Notes: generated by a model not told the origin, from the letters alone. A stretch of 64,000 nt of DNA from Bacteroidia bacterium (GCA_018058135.1 JAGPCK010000009.1:2843-66842); one strand, 5' to 3'; counted from the stretch's first letter, positions 33,864 through 44,159 are shown. Made by a program: numbers and translations.

Positions 33864-34838
33864 TTACCAGCCCAATATCCACGCGAACATCAGCGGAGCT
33901 ACAATGGTAGCGTCACTCTCCACGATGAACTTAGGTGTGTTGATGTCCAGCTTACCCCAGGTAATTTTTTCGTTGGGAACTGCGCCTGAGTAAGAGCCGT
34001 ACGAAGTAGTTGAATCACTTATTTGGCAGAAGTAGCCCCAGAAAGGAACATCGTGCCATTCTAAATCCTGGTACATCATTGGTACCACGCAAATAGGGAA
34101 GTCACCTGCAATACCGCCACCAATCTGAAAAAAGCCAACGCCTTTGCCTGATGAGTTGGCCCGGTACCATTCACTCAGCCACACCATGTATTCGATGCCG
34201 CTTTTCATGGTAGTAGCTTTTACATCGCCTTTAATAACGTATGATGCGAAGATGTTGCCCATAGTGCTGTCTTCCCAGCCCGGTACTACAATGGGTAAGT
34301 TTTTTTCTGCTGCGGCCAGCATCCACGAGTCCTTAGGGTCAATCTCATAGTACTGCTGTAACTCACCGCTCAGCAATATTTTGTACATGTATTCATGCGG
34401 AAAAAAACGTTCACCGGCAGTGTCGGCATCTTTCCATATTTTGTAAATGTGTTTCTGTAATCTGCGGAAAGCTTCTTCTTCCGGTATGCAGGTATCGGTT
34501 ACACGGTTGTAATGGTTTTCTAATAAATCCCACTCATCCTGCGGACTCAAATCACGGTAGTTGGGCACACGCTTGTAGTGCGAATGCGCCACCAGATTCA
34601 TGATGTCTTCTTCCAGATTGGCTCCTGTGCACGAGATAATGTCCACTTTGCCCTGACGGATCATTTCAGCCAGTGATTTACCCAACTCAGCGGTACTCAT
34701 GGCACCGGCCAGGGTAATCATCATTTTACCTCCTTCGGTTAAATGAGTTTCGTAACCTTTGGCTGCGTCAACCAACGCTGCGGCATTAAAGTGTTTGTAG
34801 TGTTTTTCTACAAATTGTGAAACCGGACCTTTGTTCAT
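33864..34838 (-). CDS. deoxyhypusine synthase-like protein (homospermidine-synthase-type)
   Basis: MNKGPVSQFVEKHYKHFNAA..., ISCTGANLEEDI and GGGIAGDFPICVVP blocks. The start was trimmed to ATG 34838 because the upstream extension runs into a tRNA gene. Confidence 0.8.
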   Translation of the reverse strand: MNKGPVSQFVEKHYKHFNAAALVDAAKGYETHLTEGGKMMITLAGAMSTAELGKSLAEMIRQGKVDIISCTGANLEEDIMNLVAHSHYKRVPNYRDLSPQDEWDLLENHYNRVTDTCIPEEEAFRRLQKHIYKIWKDADTAGERFFPHEYMYKILLSGELQQYYEIDPKDSWMLAAAEKNLPIVVPGWEDSTMGNIFASYVIKGDVKATTMKSGIEYMVWLSEWYRANSSGKGVGFFQIGGGIAGDFPICVVPMMYQDLEWHDVPFWGYFCQISDSTTSYGSYSGAVPNEKITWGKLDINTPKFIVESDATIVAPLMFAWILGW

Positions 34839-34855
34839 CGTGCAAATTAATTTTG

Positions 34856-34942
34856 CGGAGAGTGAGAGATTCGAACTCTCGATACGGTTTCCCGTATACA
34901 CACTTTCCAGGCGTGCTCCTTCAACCACTCGGACAACTCTCC
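34856..34942 (-). tRNA. tRNA-Ser (anticodon GGA)
   Basis: The reverse complement folds by hand. Acceptor stem GGAGAGT/ACTCTCC; 3-bp D stem; anticodon stem CACGC/GTGTG with loop CTGGAAA; long variable arm ATACGG-GAAA-CCGTAT; T arm GAGAG-TTCGAAT-CTCTC. CCA is not encoded. Confidence 0.9.
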
Positions 34943-34974
34943 GTTAAAGGACGGCAAAGATAAGGCTTTTGAAA

Positions 34975-35745
34975 TTATTTTAAACGGAAAAGCGTTCGGG
35001 CATTTTCGGTAGTTGCCGCAGCAATTTCATGCACTGTTTTATTGTACACGGTTGCCAGCTTTTCTGCCACCAGCAAGGTATATGCACTCTCGTTACGTTT
35101 ACCGCGATGAGGTACCGGTGTGAGGTAAGGTGAATCAGTTTCCAGTACAAGGCTGCTGAGAGGGATGTTTTGCAAAGTGTCGGGAAGGTTAGTGTTTTTA
35201 TAAGTCAGCACCCCGCCAATGCCCAGGTACATGTTCAGTTTAAGAATTTCAGCGGCTTCTTCGACACTGCCGGTAAAACAATGGAACACCCCGCGTAAAC
35301 CATTAAATTCTTTTTCCTTTAGTATTTCTATAATACGGTAGGTGGCATTGCGTGAGTGAATGGCTACGGGCAAGTCCAGTTCCATTGCCCAGCGGCATTG
35401 CAAACGAAAAGCTTCTTCCTGCTCAGGGATATACGTTTTATCCCAGTAAAAATCTAAGCCGATTTCTCCTACAGCAATGTAATTTCCGGTGCGCAATTCC
35501 TGTTCGGCCAAAGCCAATTCTTCTTTGTAATTCTGCACAATGGAACACGGGTGAACCCCCATCATCGGTAAACAATGGTCAGGAAATTCACTACACAATT
35601 TTTTTAAACCGTCAAGGGTGGTTGAATCAACATTGGGCAGCAATAGTAAACTTACTCCGGCATCAATAGCCCGCATTATCATGGCTGAGCGGTCGGCATC
35701 AAATTGTTTATCGTACAGGTGGCAATGGGTATCTATAATCTGCAT
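34975..35745 (-). CDS. tatD: TatD-family metal-dependent hydrolase/DNase
   Basis: [10 protein letters not shown] start, with later GEIGLDFYW and FHCFTGS blocks. Confidence 0.85.
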   Translation of the reverse strand: MQIIDTHCHLYDKQFDADRSAMIMRAIDAGVSLLLLPNVDSTTLDGLKKLCSEFPDHCLPMMGVHPCSIVQNYKEELALAEQELRTGNYIAVGEIGLDFYWDKTYIPEQEEAFRLQCRWAMELDLPVAIHSRNATYRIIEILKEKEFNGLRGVFHCFTGSVEEAAEILKLNMYLGIGGVLTYKNTNLPDTLQNIPLSSLVLETDSPYLTPVPHRGKRNESAYTLLVAEKLATVYNKTVHEIAAATTENARTLFRLK

Positions 35746-35746
35746 G

Positions 35747-36811
35747 TTAATAGTACCTGTTTTTCCAGGCAAACTTAAAGGGTAAATAATAAAACACAGC
35801 CACGCACAAGCTCAGCGCCATGCTGTAAAACTGATGAACAATCAACAACAGGAATGCAGTAGGTTGCTGTAAACGGAGCAGTTGACGATTGATAATAGCA
35901 GCCTCAAATATAAATTTAAGCAGCCAGCATTTTATTGCCAAAGTCGGTTGTGTGAAAAGTAAAAATAAAATGGCCGGGTAAAACAAACCGAACACAAACA
36001 GCATAAGCCACCAGTATATAGGCAGCTCTTTGCCTCCCGTTAACCAACGTTTGCGTTGGTGCAATACGGACTTAAAATCAGGGAGTGTTTTGGTGAAATG
36101 AAAGCTGCCCGGGGTAGCAATGTTCTTGGTTTTCCATTTCAGTTTTCTTACAGCGGCATAAAGTTTATAATCTTCTGTTACGGAGAAATCCAACGCTTCA
36201 TAACCTCCGGTGGCAAAGTATGCTTTGCGTGAAATAACCATGTTGTTGCCAACCGCTGTGCAGGGTATGCCCATGTTGGTAGTAGCAGTGAGCACAGCGT
36301 TAAAATAAGTCCAATCAAGTGCCTGTAGTTTTTCAAAAAAGTTGTTTCCCTTTCCGATGGTGATGCCTGAAACGATGGCGGTTTCGTCATCAAAACGTAC
36401 GAGCATACTTTGTATCCAATTCGGGTTCACTTGTATATCGGCATCGGTGATAAAAAAATACTCTCCCGTAGCCACATGTGCCAGATTGGCCAGTACGTTG
36501 GCTTTACCGCGAGCCTTGCCCAGTTGCTCTGTTATGTGGTGCAGTTGAAACTGGTGATACTTTTTCAGCAAAGGCTCAATCAAGCCTACGGTTCCATCGG
36601 TTGATTGATCATTGCCAATAAGTATTTCTATTTTATTAGTTGGATAATCCAATTTACTTAAAGCCTCTACACACTCCGTAATGTTATCTTTTTCGTTCCG
36701 TACAGCCAGCAACACCGATACTTTAGGTTGAACTACTGCAGGTTGGTCATGGTACTCGTTGATGGTTAACCCCAGCCACACCAGCATTTGTATGAGGTAG
36801 TGCAGCACCAT
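35747..36811 (-). CDS. family-2 glycosyltransferase with a QxxRW motif (processive-type)
   Basis: VSVLLAVRNE...IGNDQSTDGT, FITDADIQ and HQRKRW. C-terminal TM helices. The start is uncertain: ATG 36811 is the first one downstream of the neighbouring gene's stop. Confidence 0.75.
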   Translation of the reverse strand: MVLHYLIQMLVWLGLTINEYHDQPAVVQPKVSVLLAVRNEKDNITECVEALSKLDYPTNKIEILIGNDQSTDGTVGLIEPLLKKYHQFQLHHITEQLGKARGKANVLANLAHVATGEYFFITDADIQVNPNWIQSMLVRFDDETAIVSGITIGKGNNFFEKLQALDWTYFNAVLTATTNMGIPCTAVGNNMVISRKAYFATGGYEALDFSVTEDYKLYAAVRKLKWKTKNIATPGSFHFTKTLPDFKSVLHQRKRWLTGGKELPIYWWLMLFVFGLFYPAILFLLFTQPTLAIKCWLLKFIFEAAIINRQLLRLQQPTAFLLLIVHQFYSMALSLCVAVFYYLPFKFAWKNRYY

Positions 36812-36843
36812 CAGGCTTAGTGCAGCAAATATGATGTAATCTG

Positions 36844-37452
36844 TTACAGACAATTGAATGAATATCCTTTTGCTGAAAAATGTTCTAGTAGCTGAGGCAG
36901 CATCAGCATCAAATTTTTTTCGCTTTTTTCGCTGTCGTGGAAAACCACTAATGACCCCGGCCGTATTTTTCTGAATATAGTTTTCAGTGCTTTTTCGGCA
37001 TCCAAATTTTTCTCGTAGTCTCGGGTGAGTATGTCCCACATCACCAGAGTGTAGTCTTTTTTCAAAACGTTTATTTGAGCAGGGGTAATACGTCCGTAAG
37101 GAGGGCGAAACAGGCGGCTTTTTACTAAAGCAGCACATTCATTAATGTTGGTGATATATCTATCCGTAGGAGTTGTCCACCCCTTCAGGTGGTTTTGTGT
37201 GTGATTGCCTGTACTATGACCCGCTGCCAATATATTGGCGTATGTTTCAGGGAAACGTTCAACGTTTTCGCCTACACAAAAAAATGTTGCCTTGGCGTTA
37301 TATATCTGCAACGTTTGCAGCACCCAATCGGTTATATAGGGGTGAGGTCCATCATCAAAAGTAAGGTAGATATCAGGTTGTTGCGTGTTTACCCGCCACA
37401 GCAATTGAGGGAAAAGGCTTGGTAGTATGTCGGGAACCTTAAATCGGAACAT
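36844..37452 (-). CDS. polysaccharide deacetylase (NodB homology domain)
   Basis: LTFDDGPHP, then FFCVGENV and HSTGNHTQNH blocks. Confidence 0.85.
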   Translation of the reverse strand: MFRFKVPDILPSLFPQLLWRVNTQQPDIYLTFDDGPHPYITDWVLQTLQIYNAKATFFCVGENVERFPETYANILAAGHSTGNHTQNHLKGWTTPTDRYITNINECAALVKSRLFRPPYGRITPAQINVLKKDYTLVMWDILTRDYEKNLDAEKALKTIFRKIRPGSLVVFHDSEKSEKNLMLMLPQLLEHFSAKGYSFNCL

Positions 37453-37554
37453 TGATGCTATTGGTCGAATAATGGATGAACATTTCGGATGGAATCAAAT
37501 ATACTGATAACTTCGCTGCACGAAAATTGATAAAAAATACGGGTTAAAAAATTC

Positions 37555-38973
37555 ATGGGGAAAAAAATATTGTTTGCATTGCTGCTCTCAGCCGTTTCAG
37601 GAATAGCCAATGCCCAAAAGGCGTGGACATTGCAGGAGTGTATTGATTATGCCACCAAAAATAATCTGAGTATTCAGCAAAGTGGGTTGAATGTGAAAGA
37701 TGCACGTACTACCCGAGACCAATCCATGCTCAATACCCTGCCTACAGTAAACGGGTTTGCTACCAATAACTACAACTTTGGCCGTAGTATTGACCCCTTT
37801 ACCAATTCGTTTTCCAATCAGCAAATCAGAAATAACAGTTTTGGGGTAAGCAGTTCGGTTACCTTGTTCGGTGGTTTACAAAATATTCAGAATATCAAGC
37901 AGCAGGAATTGTTGTACAAAGCCAGTATGTATGACATGGACAATAGTATGAACAACCTGTCACTCTCTGTTGCCAATGCATTTCTCACTGTACTGCTGAA
38001 TGAGGAGATACTTTCAGCAGCCCGCCTGCAATCAGAAAATACTATTTCTCAACTTGACCGTGCTGAAAAACTTTATGCAGCAGGAAGCATTAACATCAGT
38101 AATGTGTTGGATCTAAAAGCACAGAAAGCAAACGAAGAGTTGAGTATTGTGAATGCACAAAATCAACTACAATTAGCCTACCTGAGTTTGTGGCAGTTGC
38201 TTGAAATGCCATACGATGACAAGAATACCGTTTCCAAACCTAAACTGGATGCACCTAAAGTAGTGGAAGAACCATTAGTCGGTCAACTTTTTAGTAGTTA
38301 TTCCGGAAGGGGACCAGATATTCAGGCAGCACAAACAAGGGCGTTGGCGGCCAGATATTCACTCCGTGCGGCTCAGGCTGGCAGAAGTCCGCGGCTTACA
38401 CTTAACGGAAACATTAATACCACTTATTCAGAATCGTTTTTGCAATCAACAGGTTCACAACAAATAGGTACACAGGTTTTGTATATTGATAACAATGGCA
38501 ATCCCGTTACAGTGCCATATTCCATTCCCACCGGATACGAGATAACGCCTTTCAATACTCAATTGAGCAATAACCTGGGTAAATCCCTGGGTTTTACTTT
38601 ATCTGTTCCTATATTGAATAACTGGAGTGTAAACAGCAATGTTCAAAGGGCAAAGGTAAACATGCAACGCAGTAAACTCAATGAACAGCAGGTACGTAAT
38701 CAGGTGTACAGAACCATTACACAAGCCACCACAGATTTAAAAGCAGCCAAAGCCCGGTATGAAGCAGCCAAAAATAGTTTTGATGCAGCAGGTAACAGCT
38801 TTAGAAATGCCGATCAGCGCTTTAAACTGGGAGCAATGAATTTTACAGATTATTCACTGGCCAAAAACAATCATACAAGGGCAGAGACCACTATGATACA
38901 AGCCAAATACGAATTGATATTTCGTATGAAGGTTGTGGATTTTTATAACGGTAAACCTATCACATTACAATAA
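37555..38973 (+). CDS. TolC-family outer-membrane efflux protein
   Basis: Signal peptide. Two long coiled-coil repeats. N-terminal WTLQECIDYATKNNLSIQ typical of the OEP family. Confidence 0.85.
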   Translation: MGKKILFALLLSAVSGIANAQKAWTLQECIDYATKNNLSIQQSGLNVKDARTTRDQSMLNTLPTVNGFATNNYNFGRSIDPFTNSFSNQQIRNNSFGVSSSVTLFGGLQNIQNIKQQELLYKASMYDMDNSMNNLSLSVANAFLTVLLNEEILSAARLQSENTISQLDRAEKLYAAGSINISNVLDLKAQKANEELSIVNAQNQLQLAYLSLWQLLEMPYDDKNTVSKPKLDAPKVVEEPLVGQLFSSYSGRGPDIQAAQTRALAARYSLRAAQAGRSPRLTLNGNINTTYSESFLQSTGSQQIGTQVLYIDNNGNPVTVPYSIPTGYEITPFNTQLSNNLGKSLGFTLSVPILNNWSVNSNVQRAKVNMQRSKLNEQQVRNQVYRTITQATTDLKAAKARYEAAKNSFDAAGNSFRNADQRFKLGAMNFTDYSLAKNNHTRAETTMIQAKYELIFRMKVVDFYNGKPITLQ

Positions 38974-38981
38974 ATATATTC

Positions 38982-40370
38982 ATGAACCAGCCGAAAAAAA
39001 AGAAGTCGAAATTACTGTTGTATTTAGGCATAGCTACCGGAGCACTAATTCTGTTTTTTATTGTGGGGAAACAGGCAGGCTGGGTAGGAAAGGTAGAACC
39101 CATCAAGGTTACGGTAGAACTTCCGGTTAAAAGAACCATCATTGAGACTGTTTCTGCCAACGGAAAAATTCAGCCTGAAAAGGAAGTGAAAATAAGCTCT
39201 GACGTATCGGGAGAGATAGTGGAGTTGTATGTTATAGAAGGTGATTCAGTAGTAAAGGGGCAGTTGTTGTGCAAAATAAATCCGGAGATTTACCTTACCA
39301 CGCTCGACCGTTCCAATGCTTCCTTAAATAATGCACGAGCACAATTGGCCAGTTCAAAAGCACGCTTGTTACAGGCAGAAGCTCGTTTCACTGAAGTAAA
39401 ACTCACCTTTGACAGAAACAAAAAATTGTATGAACAAAAAGTATTGTCGGATGCAGAGTTTGAAACCTCACGTTCAGCTTACCTGAATGCACAGGCAGAA
39501 GTAGAAGCTACAAAACAATCCATCAAAGCGGCAGAGTATACTGTGGCCAGTTTTGAAGCAACAGTAAATGAAGCACAGAAAAGTTTAGGTCGCACTACTA
39601 TATATGCTCCCGTTAACGGAATCGTTTCGCGGTTAAATGTAGAAAAAGGGGAGCGTGTGGTAGGTACCTCTCAAATGGCAGGTACTGAGATGATGCGTAT
39701 AGCTAACCTGAATGACATGGAAGCGCGGATTGAAGTAAATGAAAATGATATTGTAAGAGTAAGTGTGGGCGACACAGCGTTGGTTGAAGTTGATGCTTAC
39801 CTGAACAGAAAGTTTAAAGGAGTGGTTACCGAGGTGGCTAATTCAGCGAATTTAACAGGTGTTTCAGCCGATCAGGTAACCAACTTTACCGTAAAAGTTC
39901 GGTTAATAAAATCATCTTATGTTGATTTATTAAGTAAAAAGAAAGCCCCTTTTCGTCCGGGTATGAGTGCATCTGTAGAGGTGCAAACAGATGTGGTTTA
40001 TGATGCATTATCTATTCCGGTGGAAGCCGTAACCACCCGCGATAAAGAAAACAAAAAAGACAAAAAGAATGTGAAGGGGCAAGATGAGGCAAACAAAGAA
40101 AAGAGTACTGATATGGACGATTTACTTGAAGTAGTGTTTGTTCACAATGCCGGTAAAACGGAAATGCGTGTAGTAGAGTACGGTATTCAGGATGATAAAT
40201 ACATACACATTACTAAAGGAGTAAATGATAAAGAGGAAGTAATTACAGGGCCCTACTCAGTTGTTTCAAAGAAGTTGAAAGACGGAGAAACTGTGGTAAA
40301 GGTTTCTGAAAAAGAACTTTTTGATGCAGCCAAAAAGAAAGGATCAAAGGGGGAAGAATCAGCTGAATAA
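38982..40370 (+). CDS. efflux periplasmic adaptor (HlyD/MacA-like membrane fusion protein)
   Basis: N-terminal TM helix, a biotinyl-lipoyl-like segment (SGEIVELYVIEGDSVVKGQLL), a coiled-coil hairpin, and APVNGIVS. Confidence 0.85.
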   Translation: MNQPKKKKSKLLLYLGIATGALILFFIVGKQAGWVGKVEPIKVTVELPVKRTIIETVSANGKIQPEKEVKISSDVSGEIVELYVIEGDSVVKGQLLCKINPEIYLTTLDRSNASLNNARAQLASSKARLLQAEARFTEVKLTFDRNKKLYEQKVLSDAEFETSRSAYLNAQAEVEATKQSIKAAEYTVASFEATVNEAQKSLGRTTIYAPVNGIVSRLNVEKGERVVGTSQMAGTEMMRIANLNDMEARIEVNENDIVRVSVGDTALVEVDAYLNRKFKGVVTEVANSANLTGVSADQVTNFTVKVRLIKSSYVDLLSKKKAPFRPGMSASVEVQTDVVYDALSIPVEAVTTRDKENKKDKKNVKGQDEANKEKSTDMDDLLEVVFVHNAGKTEMRVVEYGIQDDKYIHITKGVNDKEEVITGPYSVVSKKLKDGETVVKVSEKELFDAAKKKGSKGEESAE

Positions 40371-40411
40371 AAATTCCCCTGATTTTTAACTAAAAATCGC
40401 ATATTTGTCGT

Positions 40412-41434
40412 GTGTTGAAAGCGGCAAAAAACATAGCAGTTATAGGAGCAGGTAGCTGGGGTACAGCACTTGTTAAAATACTCAGCGATAATATTCCTTA
40501 TAATTCGCATTTGGTGTCAGGTATACACTGGTGGGTTAGGGGCGAGGAAACTGCTTCTCACATCAGGCAGTACCGACATAATCCGCGTTATCTCAGTTCA
40601 GTAGAAATTCATCCTGAACTGGTTCAGGTAAGTGCAGATTTGCAGCATACCATTCGTGTTGCAGACGTATTGATTTTTGCTATACCATCGGCTTTCCTTC
40701 ACGATACACTAGCGTCTCTTACTCAAGACGAATTAAAAGGTAAAACCATAGTTTCAGCTATAAAAGGTATTGTGCCGCAACAAAGTTGTTTGGTAGCCGA
40801 ATATTTTCAGGAACGATTTGCTGCTGATAAAAATCAATTGTTGGTTATTACAGGCCCTTGCCATGCAGAAGAAGTGGCTCTTGAAAAATTGTCATACCTC
40901 ACCGTTGCCGGAACTGATGGTAATCGCTGTGCATATATTGCTTCTATTATCAAAGGACGTTACATTAAGACGGTTCAAAGCGAAGATGTTTTCGGAACTG
41001 AGTATGCTGCAGTACTTAAAAATATCTATGCCATTGCAAGTGGAATATGTCACGGTATAGGATACGGGGATAATTTTCAAGCAGTTCTTATTGCTAATGC
41101 TATAAAAGAAATTGAACGGTTTATTGACAAGGTTTTTCCTCAGCACCGCAAAGTAACCGATTCAGCTTACCTGGGTGATTTGTTGGTTACTGCGTATTCG
41201 CAATTCAGCCGTAATCGTACATTTGGCAACATGTTGGGGAAAGGATATTCAGTAAAAGCAGCACAACTGGAAATGAGTATGATTGCTGAAGGGTATTTTG
41301 CCACTAAATCCATGCACAGCATCAATGAAAAGTACGGAGTTGATATGCCCATACTCAATGCCGTTTATCGTATTATATATTCTCAGGCTGACGCCAGAAC
41401 AGAAATCAAAAACCTGACAGATTCTTTGAGTTAG
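40412..41434 (+). CDS. gpsA: NAD(P)H-dependent glycerol-3-phosphate dehydrogenase
   Basis: IAVIGAGSWGTAL, PSAF and ITGPCHAEEVA. The start is GTG/TTG. Confidence 0.9.
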   Translation: MLKAAKNIAVIGAGSWGTALVKILSDNIPYNSHLVSGIHWWVRGEETASHIRQYRHNPRYLSSVEIHPELVQVSADLQHTIRVADVLIFAIPSAFLHDTLASLTQDELKGKTIVSAIKGIVPQQSCLVAEYFQERFAADKNQLLVITGPCHAEEVALEKLSYLTVAGTDGNRCAYIASIIKGRYIKTVQSEDVFGTEYAAVLKNIYAIASGICHGIGYGDNFQAVLIANAIKEIERFIDKVFPQHRKVTDSAYLGDLLVTAYSQFSRNRTFGNMLGKGYSVKAAQLEMSMIAEGYFATKSMHSINEKYGVDMPILNAVYRIIYSQADARTEIKNLTDSLS

Positions 41435-41563
41435 TTATACACCTGTTGATTTTTGTTTTATATTTAAATTCAGCTACTTCGTTATATATTGTGAAGTTAG
41501 CTCCCATATTAACTGATCTTTTGGAAAGATAATTGCAATAGAGTATTCATTAACAATATAACT

Positions 41564-41788
41564 ATGCGCTCATCCATGTTGAATTACTGTAAAAAAATTC
41601 TGAAAAGTGTAAGCTTTGATAAAGAGTTGTTTGAAAAAGAATTAAAAAAGGCAGTGAGAAATTTGTTGTTGAATGATGAAGTGATGGCACTTCGAAAGTG
41701 GTGTTTGCGTAAATTCAGCAATTCTTACAAACAGATTATCGAAAAAGTTTTTAGTGAATTTAATTCACAACAGAAACTACCTGTTTAG
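41564..41788 (+). CDS. small hypothetical protein
   Basis: 74-aa ORF with no recognisable motif. Confidence 0.3.
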   Translation: MRSSMLNYCKKILKSVSFDKELFEKELKKAVRNLLLNDEVMALRKWCLRKFSNSYKQIIEKVFSEFNSQQKLPV

Positions 41789-41803
41789 GTATTTTTCTTG
41801 AAT

Positions 41804-42982
41804 TTACTTCTCAGCTTGCCTGCGTTTTAACTCAGTTTTAATAAGCGATAATTCGCGACCTGTTTGTCCCTTTACACTAGTATTCTCCTGTGCTCTGCGC
41901 ACCAGATAAGGTAATACTGCCTTAACCGGTCCGTAAGGAACATACTTAGCAACGTTGTAACCGGCATGGCTCAGGTTATAGCTTAAGTGGTCACTCATAC
42001 CCAATAGTTGTGAAAAATATATCCGCTTATCGTTTGGAGCAATATTGTTTTCCTGCATCAAATCAACCAATAGCTGGCTACTGTCTTCATTATGGGTGCC
42101 TGCACAAAATGCAATTATATCAATATGTTTGATGCAAAAACGTAATGCTTCGTTATAGTCTCTGTCGGTTGAAGTTTTATTAGGCTGTATCGGAGAGTCA
42201 TATACTTTGTCATCTGCACGTTCACGCTCCTTTTCCATGTAAGCTCCTCTAACCAATTTTGTCCCCAAATAGTAGTGGTTAATTTTAGCATCAGAAAAGC
42301 TCCTTTTCAAAAACTCCAATCTATCATGACGGTAAAGTTGAATAGTGTTGTATACAATAGGTTTTTCTTTGTTGTACTTAAGCATCATTGCTCTGGATAA
42401 ACTGTCAATTGTTTCTTGTATCCAGCTTTCTTCAGCATCAATAAATAAGCGAACATTATTGTCATGAGCTGCTTTACATATCTTGTCTAAACGTTCTTTT
42501 ACCCTGTTGTACTCTTCCGTCTCTTTTTGTTCGAGTTGGTTGTGAGAGTTTATACGAAACAACAGATGAAAACGTGCAATGCCCGTCATTTTAAATACAC
42601 TGAAAGGAATTTTCTCGTTTCCGGCCGCTTTTTGAATAGTTAGTATTATTTCTTCAGTGGTAGCATCAAAAACCTCTTCTTTTTCTTCTCCTTCAACTGA
42701 ATAGTCGAGTATAGTTCCAATTTTGTAGTTCCACAACTCATTAATCGTATTTTCACAATCATCGATAGATTCACCTCCGCAAAACTGTTTAAAAATGGTT
42801 TTGCGAATAATTCCTTCAATTGGTAAACGTAAGGCATATGATAACTGTACTAGCCCTGGACCCATTTGTACCAACCAGTTATGCCCTATGGCCTTAAAAA
42901 GCATGTGAGCTCTTTTTAAATCATCGTTGCTTCTGGATTCAAATGCAATGGCGGTATTTGAAAAAGATAATGGCGAACTCAT
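41804..42982 (-). CDS. proline dehydrogenase (monofunctional)
   Basis: KLVRGAYMEKE, FSQLLGMSD and YVPYGP...YLVRRAQEN blocks. Confidence 0.85.
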   Translation of the reverse strand: MSSPLSFSNTAIAFESRSNDDLKRAHMLFKAIGHNWLVQMGPGLVQLSYALRLPIEGIIRKTIFKQFCGGESIDDCENTINELWNYKIGTILDYSVEGEEKEEVFDATTEEIILTIQKAAGNEKIPFSVFKMTGIARFHLLFRINSHNQLEQKETEEYNRVKERLDKICKAAHDNNVRLFIDAEESWIQETIDSLSRAMMLKYNKEKPIVYNTIQLYRHDRLEFLKRSFSDAKINHYYLGTKLVRGAYMEKERERADDKVYDSPIQPNKTSTDRDYNEALRFCIKHIDIIAFCAGTHNEDSSQLLVDLMQENNIAPNDKRIYFSQLLGMSDHLSYNLSHAGYNVAKYVPYGPVKAVLPYLVRRAQENTSVKGQTGRELSLIKTELKRRQAEK

Positions 42983-43040
42983 GTTAAATTTTTTGAATAA
43001 GTGGTAAACGTATTGTTAAATCAAAGCTAATCATTCAACT

Positions 43041-44159
43041 TTGCCGTGCAAAGGTAACAATAATACATACTTGAAAGTTTACGAGTCAAAAGAGTACAAC
43101 ATTTACAGCGGAAATTCTACGTTGGAGTTTCTTTTTCAATATATTATTGAAGAGGACTACTCCTCTGTATTTGTATTGGCTGATACACACACCAAGTTAC
43201 TCTGCCTGCCCGAATTGAGTAGTAATCTCATTGATTTTAAGCTTATTGAAATAGAGGCGGGTTCCAATGCCAAAAACCTAAAGAACTGCGAAGTTATTTG
43301 GGGTGAACTGGCATCCCATTATGCCGACCGTAAATCGGTACTCATTAATCTGGGCGGAGGATCTGTTACTGATATAGGTGGCTTTTGCGCGGCAACTTAC
43401 AAACGTGGTATAGACTTTATCAATATGCCCACTACACTATTGGGTATGGTTGACGCTTCCATTGGAGGAAAGGTTGGTATCGACCTGAATTTTTATAAGA
43501 ATTCGGTTGGGGCATTTAGCCACCCTAAAGCAATTTTCATTTATCCTCCTTTTTTGCAAACATTAGACAAACGTCAGTTTGTTGCGGGAATAGCTGAAAT
43601 GGCTAAACATGCATTAATCAGCGACAGGGAAGACTGGAACAAGTTCAAAAAAATGAGGCTACAGTTGGATGACAAGCTGGAGAATATGATTAACCGCTCT
43701 GTAAAAACGAAACGCGAAATTGTTAACAAAGACCCGCAGGAGAAAGGATTGCGTAAAGTGCTCAACTTTGGTCATACCATTGGTCATGCCATAGAATCCT
43801 ATTCCATGCGCCATGATACACATGCTTTGTTGCATGGTGAGGCCATTGCTGTTGGTATGGTATGTGAAGCATGGTTATCGCATGAACTTTGCGGTTTATC
43901 AAAGGATGATTTGCAGGAAATCACCACATACATTTTCACAAATTTTCCGGTTTATCAGCTTCACAAAGCAGATAAAAACGAATTGTTGGATCTGATGCGT
44001 AACGATAAAAAGAATGAAGAAGACCTGATTCATTTCAGCCTGCTCAAAAAAATAGGAAAACCCGTGATTAATCAAACCACATCTGAGAGTATTATCTTAG
44101 ATTCGTTGCACTATTACCAGCAACAATATGCGGCTAACCAAACCGGAGCATCCGCTTAA
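43041..44159 (+). CDS. aroB: 3-dehydroquinate synthase
   Basis: LGGGSVTDIGGFCAATYKRGI, PTTLLGMVDASIGGK and NFGHTIGHAIE...LHGEAIAVGM. The start is uncertain: there is no near-5' ATG, and TTG 43041 or TTG 43071 are candidates. Confidence 0.9.
   Translation: MPCKGNNNTYLKVYESKEYNIYSGNSTLEFLFQYIIEEDYSSVFVLADTHTKLLCLPELSSNLIDFKLIEIEAGSNAKNLKNCEVIWGELASHYADRKSVLINLGGGSVTDIGGFCAATYKRGIDFINMPTTLLGMVDASIGGKVGIDLNFYKNSVGAFSHPKAIFIYPPFLQTLDKRQFVAGIAEMAKHALISDREDWNKFKKMRLQLDDKLENMINRSVKTKREIVNKDPQEKGLRKVLNFGHTIGHAIESYSMRHDTHALLHGEAIAVGMVCEAWLSHELCGLSKDDLQEITTYIFTNFPVYQLHKADKNELLDLMRNDKKNEEDLIHFSLLKKIGKPVINQTTSESIILDSLHYYQQQYAANQTGASA

Noticed and set aside
34839-34928. N-terminal 30-codon extension of the deoxyhypusine-synthase-like ORF ([21 protein letters not shown]...).
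   Set aside because: The extension overlaps the tRNA-Ser gene on the same strand (34856-34942). The conserved protein starts at MNKGPVSQ (ATG 34838).
34856-34942. tRNA-Ser considered as the integration site of the accessory block.
   Set aside because: The tRNA is about 9 kb to the right of the block's right edge (about 25.9 kb), with conserved-looking operons in between. No direct repeat of the tRNA 3' end was seen at the block borders.
36812-37138. 109-codon N-terminal extension of the GT2 ORF (MCCFSKKPPVSPSLRTYYP...).
   Set aside because: It overlaps the 3' part of the NodB-deacetylase gene in another frame, has a low-complexity basic composition, and precedes the first TM helix of the GT2. 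It is an artefact of the longest-ORF rule.
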